A DNA stretch of 64,000 nucleotides. It comes from Chloroflexota bacterium. GTDB taxonomy: Bacteria > Chloroflexota > Dehalococcoidia > Lucifugimonadales > GCA-002723415. Positions 39,512-49,190 of this stretch are shown in pieces (position 1 is the stretch's first letter; each line of letters begins with the position of its first letter). The notes under the pieces were generated by a model. That model did no database searches. It was not told where the DNA came from and saw only the letters and a list, made by a program, of their open reading frames with translations. The position numbers were made by a program, and so were the translations under genes. The stretch covers positions 38,278 to 102,277 of the forward strand of contig PBOA01000027.1 in assembly GCA_002723415.1 (NCBI GenBank), in the 5' to 3' direction.

Positions 39512-40123
39512 TTATAAATTATTTAGATTAATTTTACCTGATATGATCTCTTGAATAGTTTTTACATAGAATTTATGTTCAATTGATGAAACTTTTTTAT
39601 TTAAGGAATCTACATTGTCATTTTTATCAATAGATATCTTGATTTGAGCTATTATAGGCCCAGAGTCATATTCTTCTTCAACGATGTGTATACTAATCCC
39701 TGTAAATTTTTCATTTGACTTAATTACTTCTCGATGGACATTTGCCCCGTACATACCTTTACCTCCATATTTGGGTAGTAAAGAAGGATGGATGTTTATT
39801 ATTTTTTTATGGAAATATTTAAGCACTTCAGGACCTAGTTTTTTCATATATCCTGCTAAGATAACTAAATTGACTTTATGTTTTTTTAATATTTTTTTAA
39901 TTTCTTTATCTTGTAATAAAAAGTTTGGATGAGTGTGATTACTGATATGGAACCCTGGGATGTTTTTTTTATTTGATCTTTTTAATGCCATTGAGTTTGA
40001 ATTATTACTAATTACTACTGATACTTCTGCTTGGATCTCACCTAAATCACAAGCATCAAGTATAGCCTGTAGATTAGATCCGTAATGAGAGGCTAGTATT
40101 CCTAATTTTATATTTTGCATCAT
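39512..40123 (-). CDS. purN: Phosphoribosylglycinamide formyltransferase
   Basis: Formyltransferase core INIHPSLLPKYGG and SGPIIAQ. 203 aa. Confidence 0.9.
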   Translation of the reverse strand: MMQNIKLGILASHYGSNLQAILDACDLGEIQAEVSVVISNNSNSMALKRSNKKNIPGFHISNHTHPNFLLQDKEIKKILKKHKVNLVILAGYMKKLGPEVLKYFHKKIINIHPSLLPKYGGKGMYGANVHREVIKSNEKFTGISIHIVEEEYDSGPIIAQIKISIDKNDNVDSLNKKVSSIEHKFYVKTIQEIISGKINLNNL

Positions 40124-40140
40124 AATTTTTAAAAATATAT

Positions 40141-40932
40141 TTATTTATTTATGGATTGTATTAAATTATTTATTTTGTTTAAAGAGCTTTGATCATGATT
40201 TTTGTATGCTATTTCTTTGGCTGATATCAATTCATATAATGCTTTTTCTTTATTACTAGTTTTTATATATATTTCTGCTGAAAAAATATATGTACTTATA
40301 TTGTGTTTCAAATAATACGATCGTAAATGTATATTTAATAATAATGTTAAAATTATTATTATTAATAAAGACATTTTGATAAATAAGTTTGTTTGATAAT
40401 TAAAAATTTTCAACATTAATAAACCCATAATAAACCCACTTATTAGTCCGCCTATATGTGCCCAATTGTCAATTCTTGTATCAGTTATCCCATATAATAA
40501 ATTGATAAGTATAATAATAGAAATACCTATTAAATTTTCTCTCTTTTCGATAGGTTCTTTAGGTTTTTGATATAGTAAAAAAGCTAAATATGAACCTGCT
40601 ATTCCGAATATAGCTCCACTGGATCCAGCAGAGATGTTAAATGGAGTTAAGTAGTAACTTAATAAATTTGCAAATAGACCTGAAAATATATAAATTATTA
40701 ATAATTTTAAATTCCCATAAATACTTTCATTTAATCGAATAAAAATTAAAATAGCAATTTGGTTGAATAATAAATGAATTATTCCAATATGTATAAATAT
40801 AGAAGAAAAGAACCTCCAATAGTCTCCATTTGAAACAAAAGGGCCAAATAAAGCTCCAAATTCAATTAGACTTATAGGATTCTTTGAGTTCCCTAGAATC
40901 TCTAAAAATATCCATATTAGAATATTAACCAC
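40141..40932 (-). CDS. Rhomboid family intramembrane serine protease with a C-terminal soluble tail
   Basis: YWRFFSSIFIHIGIIHLLFN, catalytic Ser in AGSSGAIFG, catalytic His in WAHIGGLISG. GTG start. Confidence 0.85.
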   Translation of the reverse strand: MVNILIWIFLEILGNSKNPISLIEFGALFGPFVSNGDYWRFFSSIFIHIGIIHLLFNQIAILIFIRLNESIYGNLKLLIIYIFSGLFANLLSYYLTPFNISAGSSGAIFGIAGSYLAFLLYQKPKEPIEKRENLIGISIIILINLLYGITDTRIDNWAHIGGLISGFIMGLLMLKIFNYQTNLFIKMSLLIIIILTLLLNIHLRSYYLKHNISTYIFSAEIYIKTSNKEKALYELISAKEIAYKNHDQSSLNKINNLIQSINK

Positions 40933-41053
40933 TATTAAATAAAGTGATATTGATTTAGAAATATTAATATTATTGTAATGGTTAGAAAAAATGTTTTAAC
41001 TCAAATCATTATTTAAATTAATAGTTAATTATATTAGAAATGATGATCAAAAA

Positions 41054-42367
41054 TTATAAAATGTCATATTGAATTAGATCTTCGTATGTTTCTCCTCTTC
41101 TAATTAACTTAGCCTTTCCTTCATCTACTAATAATATTGGAGGTCTAGGATTCATATTATAGTTACTTGACATAGCTGAGTTATATGCTCCAGAGGCAGG
41201 AATTGCTATTGTATCATCAGCATTGATTATTGGCATGTTAATATCTTTTATTAGAATGTCTCCAGATTCACAAAATTTTCCTGCAATAGTTATTAGATCT
41301 TTTGGAGTTTCTGACATTCGGTTTGCAACAACAGCATGATATTTTGAATCATATAATGCTGGTCTTATATTATCACCCATGCCTCCATCAACTGATACAT
41401 ATTTACGAACATTAGGGATTTCTTTGACAGCCCCAGTTTTATATAAAGCTATTCCTGACCTTCCAATTATAGATCTTCCAGGTTCTATAACTAATTTAGG
41501 TTGGTCGAATCCATATTTTTTGCATCCTTCTTTTAATGCTTTAGTTATTACATCTGCATAGCCACTTATTGGTGGAGGTAGCTCTTTTTCAATATATCCT
41601 ATTGCAAAACCTCCACCCGGACTAAATTCTAGAAGGTTTTGGCTATCTATCCCCAGATTTGATATGAATTCTAGCACTTTATCAATTGCTAATGCATATG
41701 GATCTAGCTCGAATATAGGAGATCCTAAGTGAAAATGTATTCCAGTGAGTTGTAAATTAGACATTTCTTTGGCATATTTAAATGCTTTAGCAGCGTCACC
41801 AGTTTCTAAAGAAAAACCGAATTTACTATCCAATGTGCCAGTAGTGGTATGTGTATGTGTATGAGGGTCAATTCCTGGGGATAATCGTAAAGTAATATCT
41901 TGAATTATGTTTAAATCTTTAGCTAGATTATTTAATAAATTTAATTCATAGAAATTATCGACTACTATTTTGCCAACTTTATATATAAGAGCTTGTTTTA
42001 GTTCTCTTTTAGTTTTGTTGTTTCCGTGGAAATATATTTTGTTATTTGGGAAATTTATTGATTCAGCTAATGCTAGTTCGCCTCCTGAAACTACATCTAG
42101 CCCTAATCCTTCTTGCTCAATAATTTTAAATATAGATAAATTTGAAAAAGCTTTTGATGCATATACAATTTCAGTGTTTGGATATCTAGACTTAAATTCG
42201 TTTGTAAAAATTTTACACATTTGAGTTAGTGTAAATTTATCATAAATATATAAAGGAGTTCCGAATTCTTTTACAAGTTCATTAGTATCACACCCAGCAA
42301 TTGTAAGATGGTCTAGTTCATTTATTTCAGTTTTTATTGGAAACAGCTGACTTTGTTCGTTATTCAT
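41054..42367 (-). CDS. lysA: Diaminopimelate decarboxylase
   Basis: PLP-Lys context VYASKAFSN, plus EPGRSIIG and CESGD motifs. 437 aa. Confidence 0.93.
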   Translation of the reverse strand: MNNEQSQLFPIKTEINELDHLTIAGCDTNELVKEFGTPLYIYDKFTLTQMCKIFTNEFKSRYPNTEIVYASKAFSNLSIFKIIEQEGLGLDVVSGGELALAESINFPNNKIYFHGNNKTKRELKQALIYKVGKIVVDNFYELNLLNNLAKDLNIIQDITLRLSPGIDPHTHTHTTTGTLDSKFGFSLETGDAAKAFKYAKEMSNLQLTGIHFHLGSPIFELDPYALAIDKVLEFISNLGIDSQNLLEFSPGGGFAIGYIEKELPPPISGYADVITKALKEGCKKYGFDQPKLVIEPGRSIIGRSGIALYKTGAVKEIPNVRKYVSVDGGMGDNIRPALYDSKYHAVVANRMSETPKDLITIAGKFCESGDILIKDINMPIINADDTIAIPASGAYNSAMSSNYNMNPRPPILLVDEGKAKLIRRGETYEDLIQYDIL

Positions 42368-43197
42368 AATTTCCTTTCGATAGAATAATACCCTTTATTA
42401 TTAACTTTTATTTTTGATTCATTCTTTAATTTTATTAAATGTGATTTTATTTGTCCTATTGCTTCACGATGTAATTTTTTATTTAATCTTTTATATAATT
42501 TTGAAAACATTTCTTCAGGTGAAAAATCTCCATCTTTTAATATATTTAGAATTTGATTTTCTCGTTTTTCTCTTTGATTTATAATATTTTCTAATTTTTC
42601 TTGTGGGTTATTAATGAGTTCTCCATGTCCTGGACATATATATTTTGCTTTGTAATTAATAAGTTTATTTAAAGAATCTATATAATGAGACATGTTACCT
42701 TGTTCAGGGCTAATAGCAGTAGTTGTTCCTCCCAGAACTGTGTCTCCAGCAAATAGTACTTTTTGTTCATGTAAGAAAATACATATACTACCAGAAGTAT
42801 GCCCAGGAGTTTCTATGATTTCTAATGTAATACCTCCTAAATTAAATTTATCTCCATTTTTGGTTCCAATAGGTTTAATGATATTATTGAAAGATTTTGT
42901 TATATGAGATACTTCTTTATCCCCACAAATTAAAGTTCCATCTGTTGCTTTATTTAATTGTATTGCTCCGCCAATATGGTCATTATGTCTATGAGTGAGT
43001 ATAATTGCAGAAAGCTTAGGCCTTAATTTCTCTTCCCATAATCTTAGATATGAATTGATTTCATTCTTTTTCCCATAAGCTGTATCAATGAATACGGCTG
43101 AATCATTTCCAACTACAAAAAATACATTAGGCGCATAAAGGCCAGGTATATCTTGGCCACCTATTTTTATTTGGTATATGTTTGGTAAAATTTCCAT
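42364..43197 (-). CDS. Metallo-beta-lactamase fold hydrolase
   Basis: HxHxDH motif THRHNDHIGG, followed by TPGHTSGS and CPGHG. It overlaps the lysA start by 4 nt, consistent with an operon. Confidence 0.85.
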   Translation of the reverse strand: MEILPNIYQIKIGGQDIPGLYAPNVFFVVGNDSAVFIDTAYGKKNEINSYLRLWEEKLRPKLSAIILTHRHNDHIGGAIQLNKATDGTLICGDKEVSHITKSFNNIIKPIGTKNGDKFNLGGITLEIIETPGHTSGSICIFLHEQKVLFAGDTVLGGTTTAISPEQGNMSHYIDSLNKLINYKAKYICPGHGELINNPQEKLENIINQREKRENQILNILKDGDFSPEEMFSKLYKRLNKKLHREAIGQIKSHLIKLKNESKIKVNNKGYYSIERKL

Positions 43198-43301
43198 TTT
43201 TATCCTTATAAAATATTATTTTAACTTTATAGAATTGTAAATTAAAGTATGTTGTTAAAAATATATAAATATTATACTAAAACATCAAGGTTTAATTGTA
43301 A

Positions 43302-43330
43302 TTGACAATATTTTTTCTTAATGCTAATCT
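43302..43330 (+). promoter_or_regulatory. Candidate sigma-70 promoter (TTGACA-17 nt-TAATCT) upstream of the larE-like gene
   Basis: A perfect -35 TTGACA at 43302..43307, an exact 17-nt spacer, and -10 TAATCT at 43325..43330. It lies about 50 nt upstream of the ORF. Confidence 0.45.
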
Positions 43331-43378
43331 CAACATTAATCATCACCTTAGGTTTTTCCTATTTTATAGAAGTTTTGT

Positions 43379-44248
43379 GTGGAGTATGTTTTGAATCATA
43401 ATGTTTTAATTCAATCTAATTTAAAAAAATATAAAAAATTGAATTTATTAGTAAAAATTGTTTCTCGAATGGATTCATTAGTTTTAGCTTATTCTGGTGG
43501 AGTAGATAGTACTTTTTTAGCAGTAATTTCCAATTATGCATTAGGTAATAATATGATAGCTGTAATTGCTGATTCCCCAAGTTTACCTAAGTCTGAATTA
43601 GAATATGCGACTAACAATGCAAAAAAATATAGAATTCCATATATTGTTATCAAGACTCAAGAAATGATGCGTAATGATTATATTGAGAATGATTTCAACA
43701 GATGTTATTTTTGCAAAGATGAATTATATAATCATTTGAAACCTATATTAAATGATAAGGGTTTTAAATTTATAGTTAATGGAACAAATTTTGATGATTT
43801 GGCTGACTATAGGCCTGGATTAAATGCAGCTAAAGATCATGATGTGTTAAGTCCTTTAGCTGAAGCATGTTTAACAAAAGGAGATATTCGCCAATTATCA
43901 AAGTTAATTGGTTTGCCAACTTGGGATAAGCCTGCTCAAGCTTGTTTATCATCTCGTATTCCATACGGTAGTAAAGTCACAATAGATTCGCTTAACAAGA
44001 TTGAAAAAGCTGAAATATATTTACATGAACAAGGATTTGAACAGGTTAGAGTTAGACATCATGATAATATAGCTAGAATTGAAATACCTCAAAAAGATTT
44101 CATTAATTTCTTAGATGTGGAATGTAGAAACAAAGTGACTAATTATCTTAAATCTTTAGGTTATTTATATGTTACTATTGATTTAAATGGATTTAGATCA
44201 GGGAGTTTAAATGATGTTTTAACTCTATCTGAAAAAGAAAGTACATAA
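43379..44248 (+). CDS. larE: LarE-like PP-loop ATP-dependent sulfur transferase (TIGR00268-type)
   Basis: PP-loop LAYSGGVDSTF, Cys pair NRCYFCKDE, and third Cys AQACLSSRIPYG (position of the L. plantarum LarE sulfur-donor Cys). The start is uncertain: GTG at 43379, or TTG at 43391, which has a GGAG 7 nt upstream. Confidence 0.8.
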   Translation: MEYVLNHNVLIQSNLKKYKKLNLLVKIVSRMDSLVLAYSGGVDSTFLAVISNYALGNNMIAVIADSPSLPKSELEYATNNAKKYRIPYIVIKTQEMMRNDYIENDFNRCYFCKDELYNHLKPILNDKGFKFIVNGTNFDDLADYRPGLNAAKDHDVLSPLAEACLTKGDIRQLSKLIGLPTWDKPAQACLSSRIPYGSKVTIDSLNKIEKAEIYLHEQGFEQVRVRHHDNIARIEIPQKDFINFLDVECRNKVTNYLKSLGYLYVTIDLNGFRSGSLNDVLTLSEKEST

Positions 44249-44281
44249 TTAATTAAATTTAGTTATATATAGGAGACTTAA

Positions 44282-45613
44282 ATGGAATCTCGCAAATTAA
44301 ATTTAGAAATTAATAAATATTTATTGAAAACTAAAAAATCTAAAATATTGCAAGAAAAGGCAGCAAAATATTTGCCTGGTGGAAGTACTAGAGAAGCTCA
44401 ATATTTTGACCCTTATCCAATTTTTATTAATCATGGTAAAGGCCATTATATATATGATGTAGATGGAAATGAGTATTTAGACTTTGTTATAAATGCTACT
44501 AGTTTAATTTTAGGACATTCTCACCCAGGTATAGTAGATAGATTAAAAATTCAAGCAAATAAAGGAACTGCTTTTAGCGGTCCTATAGAAGATTTGATTA
44601 ATTTATCTGAAATACTTTGTGATAGAATTCCTTCATTAGATACACTAAGATTTACTAATTCTGGTACTGAAGCTACTCTTTTAGCTATTAGAGCTGCAAG
44701 AGCTTTTACGAAAAAAAATAAAATAGCTAAATTTGAAGGTGGATATCATGGTGCGCACGAGACAGTAGCCATAAGTGTTAGTCCAAATATAAATGATCTT
44801 ACGGATGATATGAAGCCTATAGCTGGTTATGTAGGACAACCAGAAGGAATTTTGAATGATGTTATAATGCTTCCTTATAACGACTTGAATGTTTGCGAGG
44901 CTAAACTAAGAGAATATAAAGACAGTTTATCCTGTGTAATTATGGAACCAGTAATTTCTTCATTTGGCTATACTCCTTTAGATTTAGATTTTTTAATTGG
45001 TATTCGTACAATTACCAAAGAATTAGGAATACTATTAATTTTTGATGAGGTTCAGAGTTTAAGAATTGCATATGGAGGTGCTCAAGAGCATTTTGGGATT
45101 ATACCTGATTTAACAGCTATGGGTAAGATAATTGGTGGAGGTTTGCCTGTAGGGGCATTTGGAGGGAGAGAGGAAATTATGTCATTATATGATCAATCGG
45201 AAGGAAAAGCTGTTATTCCTCATTCAGGTACTTTTAATGGTAATCCTATGACATTGGTAGCAGGATTAGAAACAATGAAGCACTTAACACCAGATACTTA
45301 TAAAAGATTGAATAATTTGGGGGAGATGTTGAGACTAAAATTAAGAGCAGTTATTGCAGAATTAGAGATGCCAGTAATGATTTCAGGTATAGGGTCATTA
45401 TTTGGGATACATTTTCGTAACGAACCTATTAAAGATTATAGGTCTTCACTTAAATCTGATAAGTTAATGAGAAGAATACTCTTTACGGCTTTGTTAAATG
45501 AAGGTATTTTATTGCAAGGCCAAACCGCAGGAGCATTAAATATTCTAACTAAAGAAGCTGATATTGATAATTTTGTAAAAGTTACAAGGGAAGTATTATC
45601 TCGTATTAAGTAA
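44282..45613 (+). CDS. Class III PLP aminotransferase, glutamate-1-semialdehyde 2,1-aminomutase-like
   Basis: FDEVQSLRIAYGGAQEHFGIIPDLTAMGKIIGGGLPVGAFGG contains the PLP Lys and the GSAM-like context. 443 aa. Confidence 0.85.
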   Translation: MESRKLNLEINKYLLKTKKSKILQEKAAKYLPGGSTREAQYFDPYPIFINHGKGHYIYDVDGNEYLDFVINATSLILGHSHPGIVDRLKIQANKGTAFSGPIEDLINLSEILCDRIPSLDTLRFTNSGTEATLLAIRAARAFTKKNKIAKFEGGYHGAHETVAISVSPNINDLTDDMKPIAGYVGQPEGILNDVIMLPYNDLNVCEAKLREYKDSLSCVIMEPVISSFGYTPLDLDFLIGIRTITKELGILLIFDEVQSLRIAYGGAQEHFGIIPDLTAMGKIIGGGLPVGAFGGREEIMSLYDQSEGKAVIPHSGTFNGNPMTLVAGLETMKHLTPDTYKRLNNLGEMLRLKLRAVIAELEMPVMISGIGSLFGIHFRNEPIKDYRSSLKSDKLMRRILFTALLNEGILLQGQTAGALNILTKEADIDNFVKVTREVLSRIK

Positions 45614-45618
45614 ATAAG

Positions 45619-46410
45619 CTAATCCCCTTGAAATTTAGGCATCTTTTTATTTATGAATGCATCTTTACCCAAATGAAAATCAGAACTATCAAATACCTCA
45701 AAAGGAAAATTATTATCTTCATCTGTTAGGTTTTGCAGATTTGGATCTCTTAAAACTTTTTTCAAAGTTTTTTTATGTTGCATATGTGATAATGGTGCTA
45801 ATGCAGATATATTATTAGCTAATTCATATGTAAATTGTTCTATTTTTGATGATTTTACTATAAAATTGATTAATCCCATTTTTAGTGCTTCGTTAGAATC
45901 TATTATTTTTCCGCTAAATAAAATATATGAAGTATTTCCTGGCCCAATCAAATTTACTAATCTTCTCATTTCACGATAGCCTATTGAAATGCCTAGTTTA
46001 GCTACAGGAATTCCAAATTTACTTGTAACAGAAGCTATTCTGATATCAGTTGTAGTTGAAACTTCACAGCCACCGCCAATGCAAAAACCTTCAATCATTG
46101 ATATCGTAGGTATATTTAAATCTTCAATAGCATCCATCGATCCATCAAATGCTTTGGAATATATTTTCGCTTGTTTTGAATTATTTCTAGACAAATGAAA
46201 ATCTTTTATGTCTGCACCTGCAGAGAAAGCTTGATTACCTTCGCCACGTAAAATTAATACTTTAATATTCTTGTTTAATTGAATTTGTTCTACAGTGTTT
46301 TTTAATTTCATCCAGCCGTCGTAATTAATGACATTATGTTGTTCCGGGCGGTTAAAATAAATTGTGGCTATGTTATTTTTAATACGAAGTTTTATACTAT
46401 TATCAGACAT
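45619..46410 (-). CDS. Enoyl-CoA hydratase/isomerase (crotonase) family protein
   Basis: Oxyanion and first-Glu motif GGGCEVSTTTDIRIA and FSAGADIKDF. The second catalytic Glu position reads FGIPVAKLG (Val instead of Glu). Confidence 0.85.
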   Translation of the reverse strand: MSDNSIKLRIKNNIATIYFNRPEQHNVINYDGWMKLKNTVEQIQLNKNIKVLILRGEGNQAFSAGADIKDFHLSRNNSKQAKIYSKAFDGSMDAIEDLNIPTISMIEGFCIGGGCEVSTTTDIRIASVTSKFGIPVAKLGISIGYREMRRLVNLIGPGNTSYILFSGKIIDSNEALKMGLINFIVKSSKIEQFTYELANNISALAPLSHMQHKKTLKKVLRDPNLQNLTDEDNNFPFEVFDSSDFHLGKDAFINKKMPKFQGD

Positions 46411-46427
46411 AAAATAAAATTTGCTAA

Positions 46428-47543
46428 TTAAAATCCAATTATATTTTCTATATTTTCAAGATGGTATTTGGAATCTCCATAAGCTAGTTCTGCAGATTTT
46501 GCACGTCTAGTATACATTTGCATATTATGTTCTTTTGTGTACCCTATTGCGCCATGCACTACTTGTCCCAAAGCACAAACCCGTTGATATGCATCACTTG
46601 ACCAAGCTTTTGCAATAGAGATTTCTTTTTTCGCATCGTTTCCTTCAGATAGATTCCAAGACGCTTGATGCGTTAAATATTTAATTCCTTCAACGTCTAT
46701 TGCCATATTTGCACAATGATGTTGTATGGCTTGGAAGCTACCAATAGGTCTTCCAAATTGTATACGTTGTTTAGCATATTCTACTGTCATATCAAGTACT
46801 TCTTGGCTTCCACCTGACATTTCAGCACATTTACCTACAGCTCCATATTCCTGGATCTTTTTAATATAATTCCATCCTTCGTTTAATTCTCCTATTATTG
46901 CATCATTACTAAGTTCTAGGTTATTAATTAATAATTCAGATTTCTTGTCAGAACCAATCGTTTTGTGTAGATTTTGATTGATTCCTTCTGATTTGGATGG
47001 AGCTATAAATAGAGATATTTTATTATTAGTTTTTGCTGCAATTATAATGTAGTCTGAAATATGAGCATTGTCTACAAAAGCCTTTGTTCCGTTAATAATA
47101 TATTTATTTCCTGATTTTTTTGCAACAGTTTTTATACTTTGTTGATCCCAGTAGCTATCTGGTTCGTTAACTGCTAGCGAAATTATAAGTTGACCTTCAC
47201 ATAATTTGGGGAGGTAATTTTGTTTTTGTTCTTCATTCCCAGCTATTAATAATGTTAATCCTCCACCAATTACTGTTGAGAAAAATGGGCCAGGAAACAT
47301 TACTCTACCCATTTCTTCTAATAATATTGTAAGGTCAAGAAATGACAATCCAAATCCACCATATTTTTCTGGGAACATTAATCCAATCCATCCTTGAGCA
47401 GCAACTTTATCCCATATTTCTGTAGCATGTCCAGAACCATCATTTTCCATAGCTCTAACATATGTGTCAGGGCATTCAGCTTGCAAAAATTCGTGTGCAC
47501 TATTCTTTAACATTTGTTGTGTTTCGTTAAGGCCTAGTTCCAT
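46428..47543 (-). CDS. Acyl-CoA dehydrogenase family protein, probable non-catalytic partner subunit
   Basis: ACAD fold throughout, 371 aa. The position aligned to the MCAD catalytic Glu reads LAYGDS (Tyr). The position aligned to the IVD-type Glu reads IQEYGAVG (Gly). Confidence 0.8.
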   Translation of the reverse strand: MELGLNETQQMLKNSAHEFLQAECPDTYVRAMENDGSGHATEIWDKVAAQGWIGLMFPEKYGGFGLSFLDLTILLEEMGRVMFPGPFFSTVIGGGLTLLIAGNEEQKQNYLPKLCEGQLIISLAVNEPDSYWDQQSIKTVAKKSGNKYIINGTKAFVDNAHISDYIIIAAKTNNKISLFIAPSKSEGINQNLHKTIGSDKKSELLINNLELSNDAIIGELNEGWNYIKKIQEYGAVGKCAEMSGGSQEVLDMTVEYAKQRIQFGRPIGSFQAIQHHCANMAIDVEGIKYLTHQASWNLSEGNDAKKEISIAKAWSSDAYQRVCALGQVVHGAIGYTKEHNMQMYTRRAKSAELAYGDSKYHLENIENIIGF

Positions 47544-47576
47544 ATAATTTTCCTCATATTTAATGTTTTAGTTTGA

Positions 47577-48749
47577 TTATCCTCTTGGCAACCCTAAACC
47601 ACGTGTTGCAATTATGTTTCTTTGAATTTCGGAAGACCCTGCTGCTGTAGCTGAAGCTGGTGATGACATGTAAAGCTGTTCTATAATTCCTCTTAGAGGA
47701 GCATCTTTAGAATTAGGTTCTAATTCTCCATGGCTTCCTAATATTTTCATGCCTATGTTTACAAGTCTAACAACCATTTCAGATCCAAAAGCTTTAGAAA
47801 TGGAGGCTTCTTTATTAGGTATATCTGATTTACTTTGCATCCATGCCACGCTATAAGCCATCATTTTCGCAGTTTCTATTTCTACAGCCATAGTAGCTAA
47901 TTCATTTCTTATTATAGGATCCTCAGAAAGCAATTTGCCATTACGAGTAGTTTCTTTAGTGTATTGCACTAATTCTTTAATAAGTTTTGAAGCATTTGAA
48001 GCGTAGCCTATTCCAGATCTTTCAAAATCTAATAACGCAGCTCCAACATACCACCCTCTATTGAGTTCTCCAATAAGGTTCTTTTTTGGAACTCTTACAT
48101 TTTCTAAGGTTATTAATGCTCGACTATGGTCCCACATCATGGGTATGGGTTCAACAGTTATACCTTCTGATTTCATTTCAGCAACCAGAAAACTTATACC
48201 TCTATGTTTAGGGGCATCAGGGTCAGTTCTAACAAGCATAAACATCCAATTTGCTCCAGAATGAGCTCCATTCCATATTTTAGACCCTGTAACTAAGAAA
48301 TCATCCCCATCTTCAATGGCTCTCGTTTGTAATCCAGCTAAATCAGAACCAGCATCTGGTTCTGAATAACCTTGTGTCCAGTCAATTTCAGCATTTGATA
48401 TTTTAGGTAAGAAATATTTTTTTTGTTCATCAGTGCCAAAAAGCATAATTATTGGTCCTACTTGAGTTATTCCAGCATCTACTGCAGGGATTCCTCTATA
48501 AGACATTTCTTCATTAAATATAAGTTGCCGAATATGTGGGGCGGCTTGCCCTCCGTATTCTTTAGGCCATGCCATAGTTAACCAGCCTTTTTTAGCTAGT
48601 TTCTTTTTGAATTCTGTTACTTTAGGTCTGTCTTTGGGGTCTTCAGAATCTATCTTATCTTCACGCCAGTTCCAGGGCAATTCTTTATCTACAAAATTAG
48701 CAACTTCTTGCCTGAATAATTCATCGTCTTTACTAAATTCAAAATCCAT
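47577..48749 (-). CDS. Acyl-CoA dehydrogenase (IVD/LCAD-type catalytic base)
   Basis: ACAD fold, 390 aa. The C-terminal AAGSSEIQRNII resembles IVD GAGTSEVRR, and LLDFERSGIG carries a Glu at the IVD helix-G catalytic position. Confidence 0.88.
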   Translation of the reverse strand: MDFEFSKDDELFRQEVANFVDKELPWNWREDKIDSEDPKDRPKVTEFKKKLAKKGWLTMAWPKEYGGQAAPHIRQLIFNEEMSYRGIPAVDAGITQVGPIIMLFGTDEQKKYFLPKISNAEIDWTQGYSEPDAGSDLAGLQTRAIEDGDDFLVTGSKIWNGAHSGANWMFMLVRTDPDAPKHRGISFLVAEMKSEGITVEPIPMMWDHSRALITLENVRVPKKNLIGELNRGWYVGAALLDFERSGIGYASNASKLIKELVQYTKETTRNGKLLSEDPIIRNELATMAVEIETAKMMAYSVAWMQSKSDIPNKEASISKAFGSEMVVRLVNIGMKILGSHGELEPNSKDAPLRGIIEQLYMSSPASATAAGSSEIQRNIIATRGLGLPRG

Positions 48750-48792
48750 TATTTTTCCTTTATATCTAGTTTTCTGATATTTTAATTTTTAG

Positions 48793-49029
48793 TTAAGATC
48801 CGACAGATAAACATGTTACAGTGCGAACAATACCAGATATCACATGAATTCTACTTGTTACCAAATCACCTATTGAATTAAGATCTGGTGCTTCAACAAC
48901 AGCAATTATGTCATAAGGTCCTGTTACATTATCTACTTTTTCAATACCTGGAAGTTCTCGTAAAGATGCACCAACGTCACGATTTTTACCTACAGAAGTT
49001 TCTATGAGAATATATGCTCGCGTAACCAT
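48793..49029 (-). CDS. Stand-alone Lrp/AsnC ligand-binding (RAM) domain protein
   Basis: At 78 aa it matches only the C-terminal effector domain of Lrp/AsnC regulators (AYILIETSVGK ... VTGPYDIIAVVE). There is no HTH. Confidence 0.75.
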   Translation of the reverse strand: MVTRAYILIETSVGKNRDVGASLRELPGIEKVDNVTGPYDIIAVVEAPDLNSIGDLVTSRIHVISGIVRTVTCLSVGS

Positions 49030-49190
49030 GTTCCCTCACAAAAGATTATAATTTATTCTCTCTAGATTCTAATGATGAAAGTTATTAGTGTCAAATAAAA
49101 AATTGGATGATTGTTGATATATTTATTTGATCTAAGTATATATTTTTATGTATAGTATAATTATATAAAAAGCATACTTTGGAGTAAGAT

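Noticed and set aside
47577-48749. The 390-aa acyl-CoA dehydrogenase lacks the MCAD-type YEG catalytic Glu, so it was considered inactive.
   Set aside because: It carries a Glu in LLDFERS, at the position used by isovaleryl-CoA and long-chain acyl-CoA dehydrogenases. It is probably an active IVD-type enzyme. Only its 371-aa neighbour lacks both positions.
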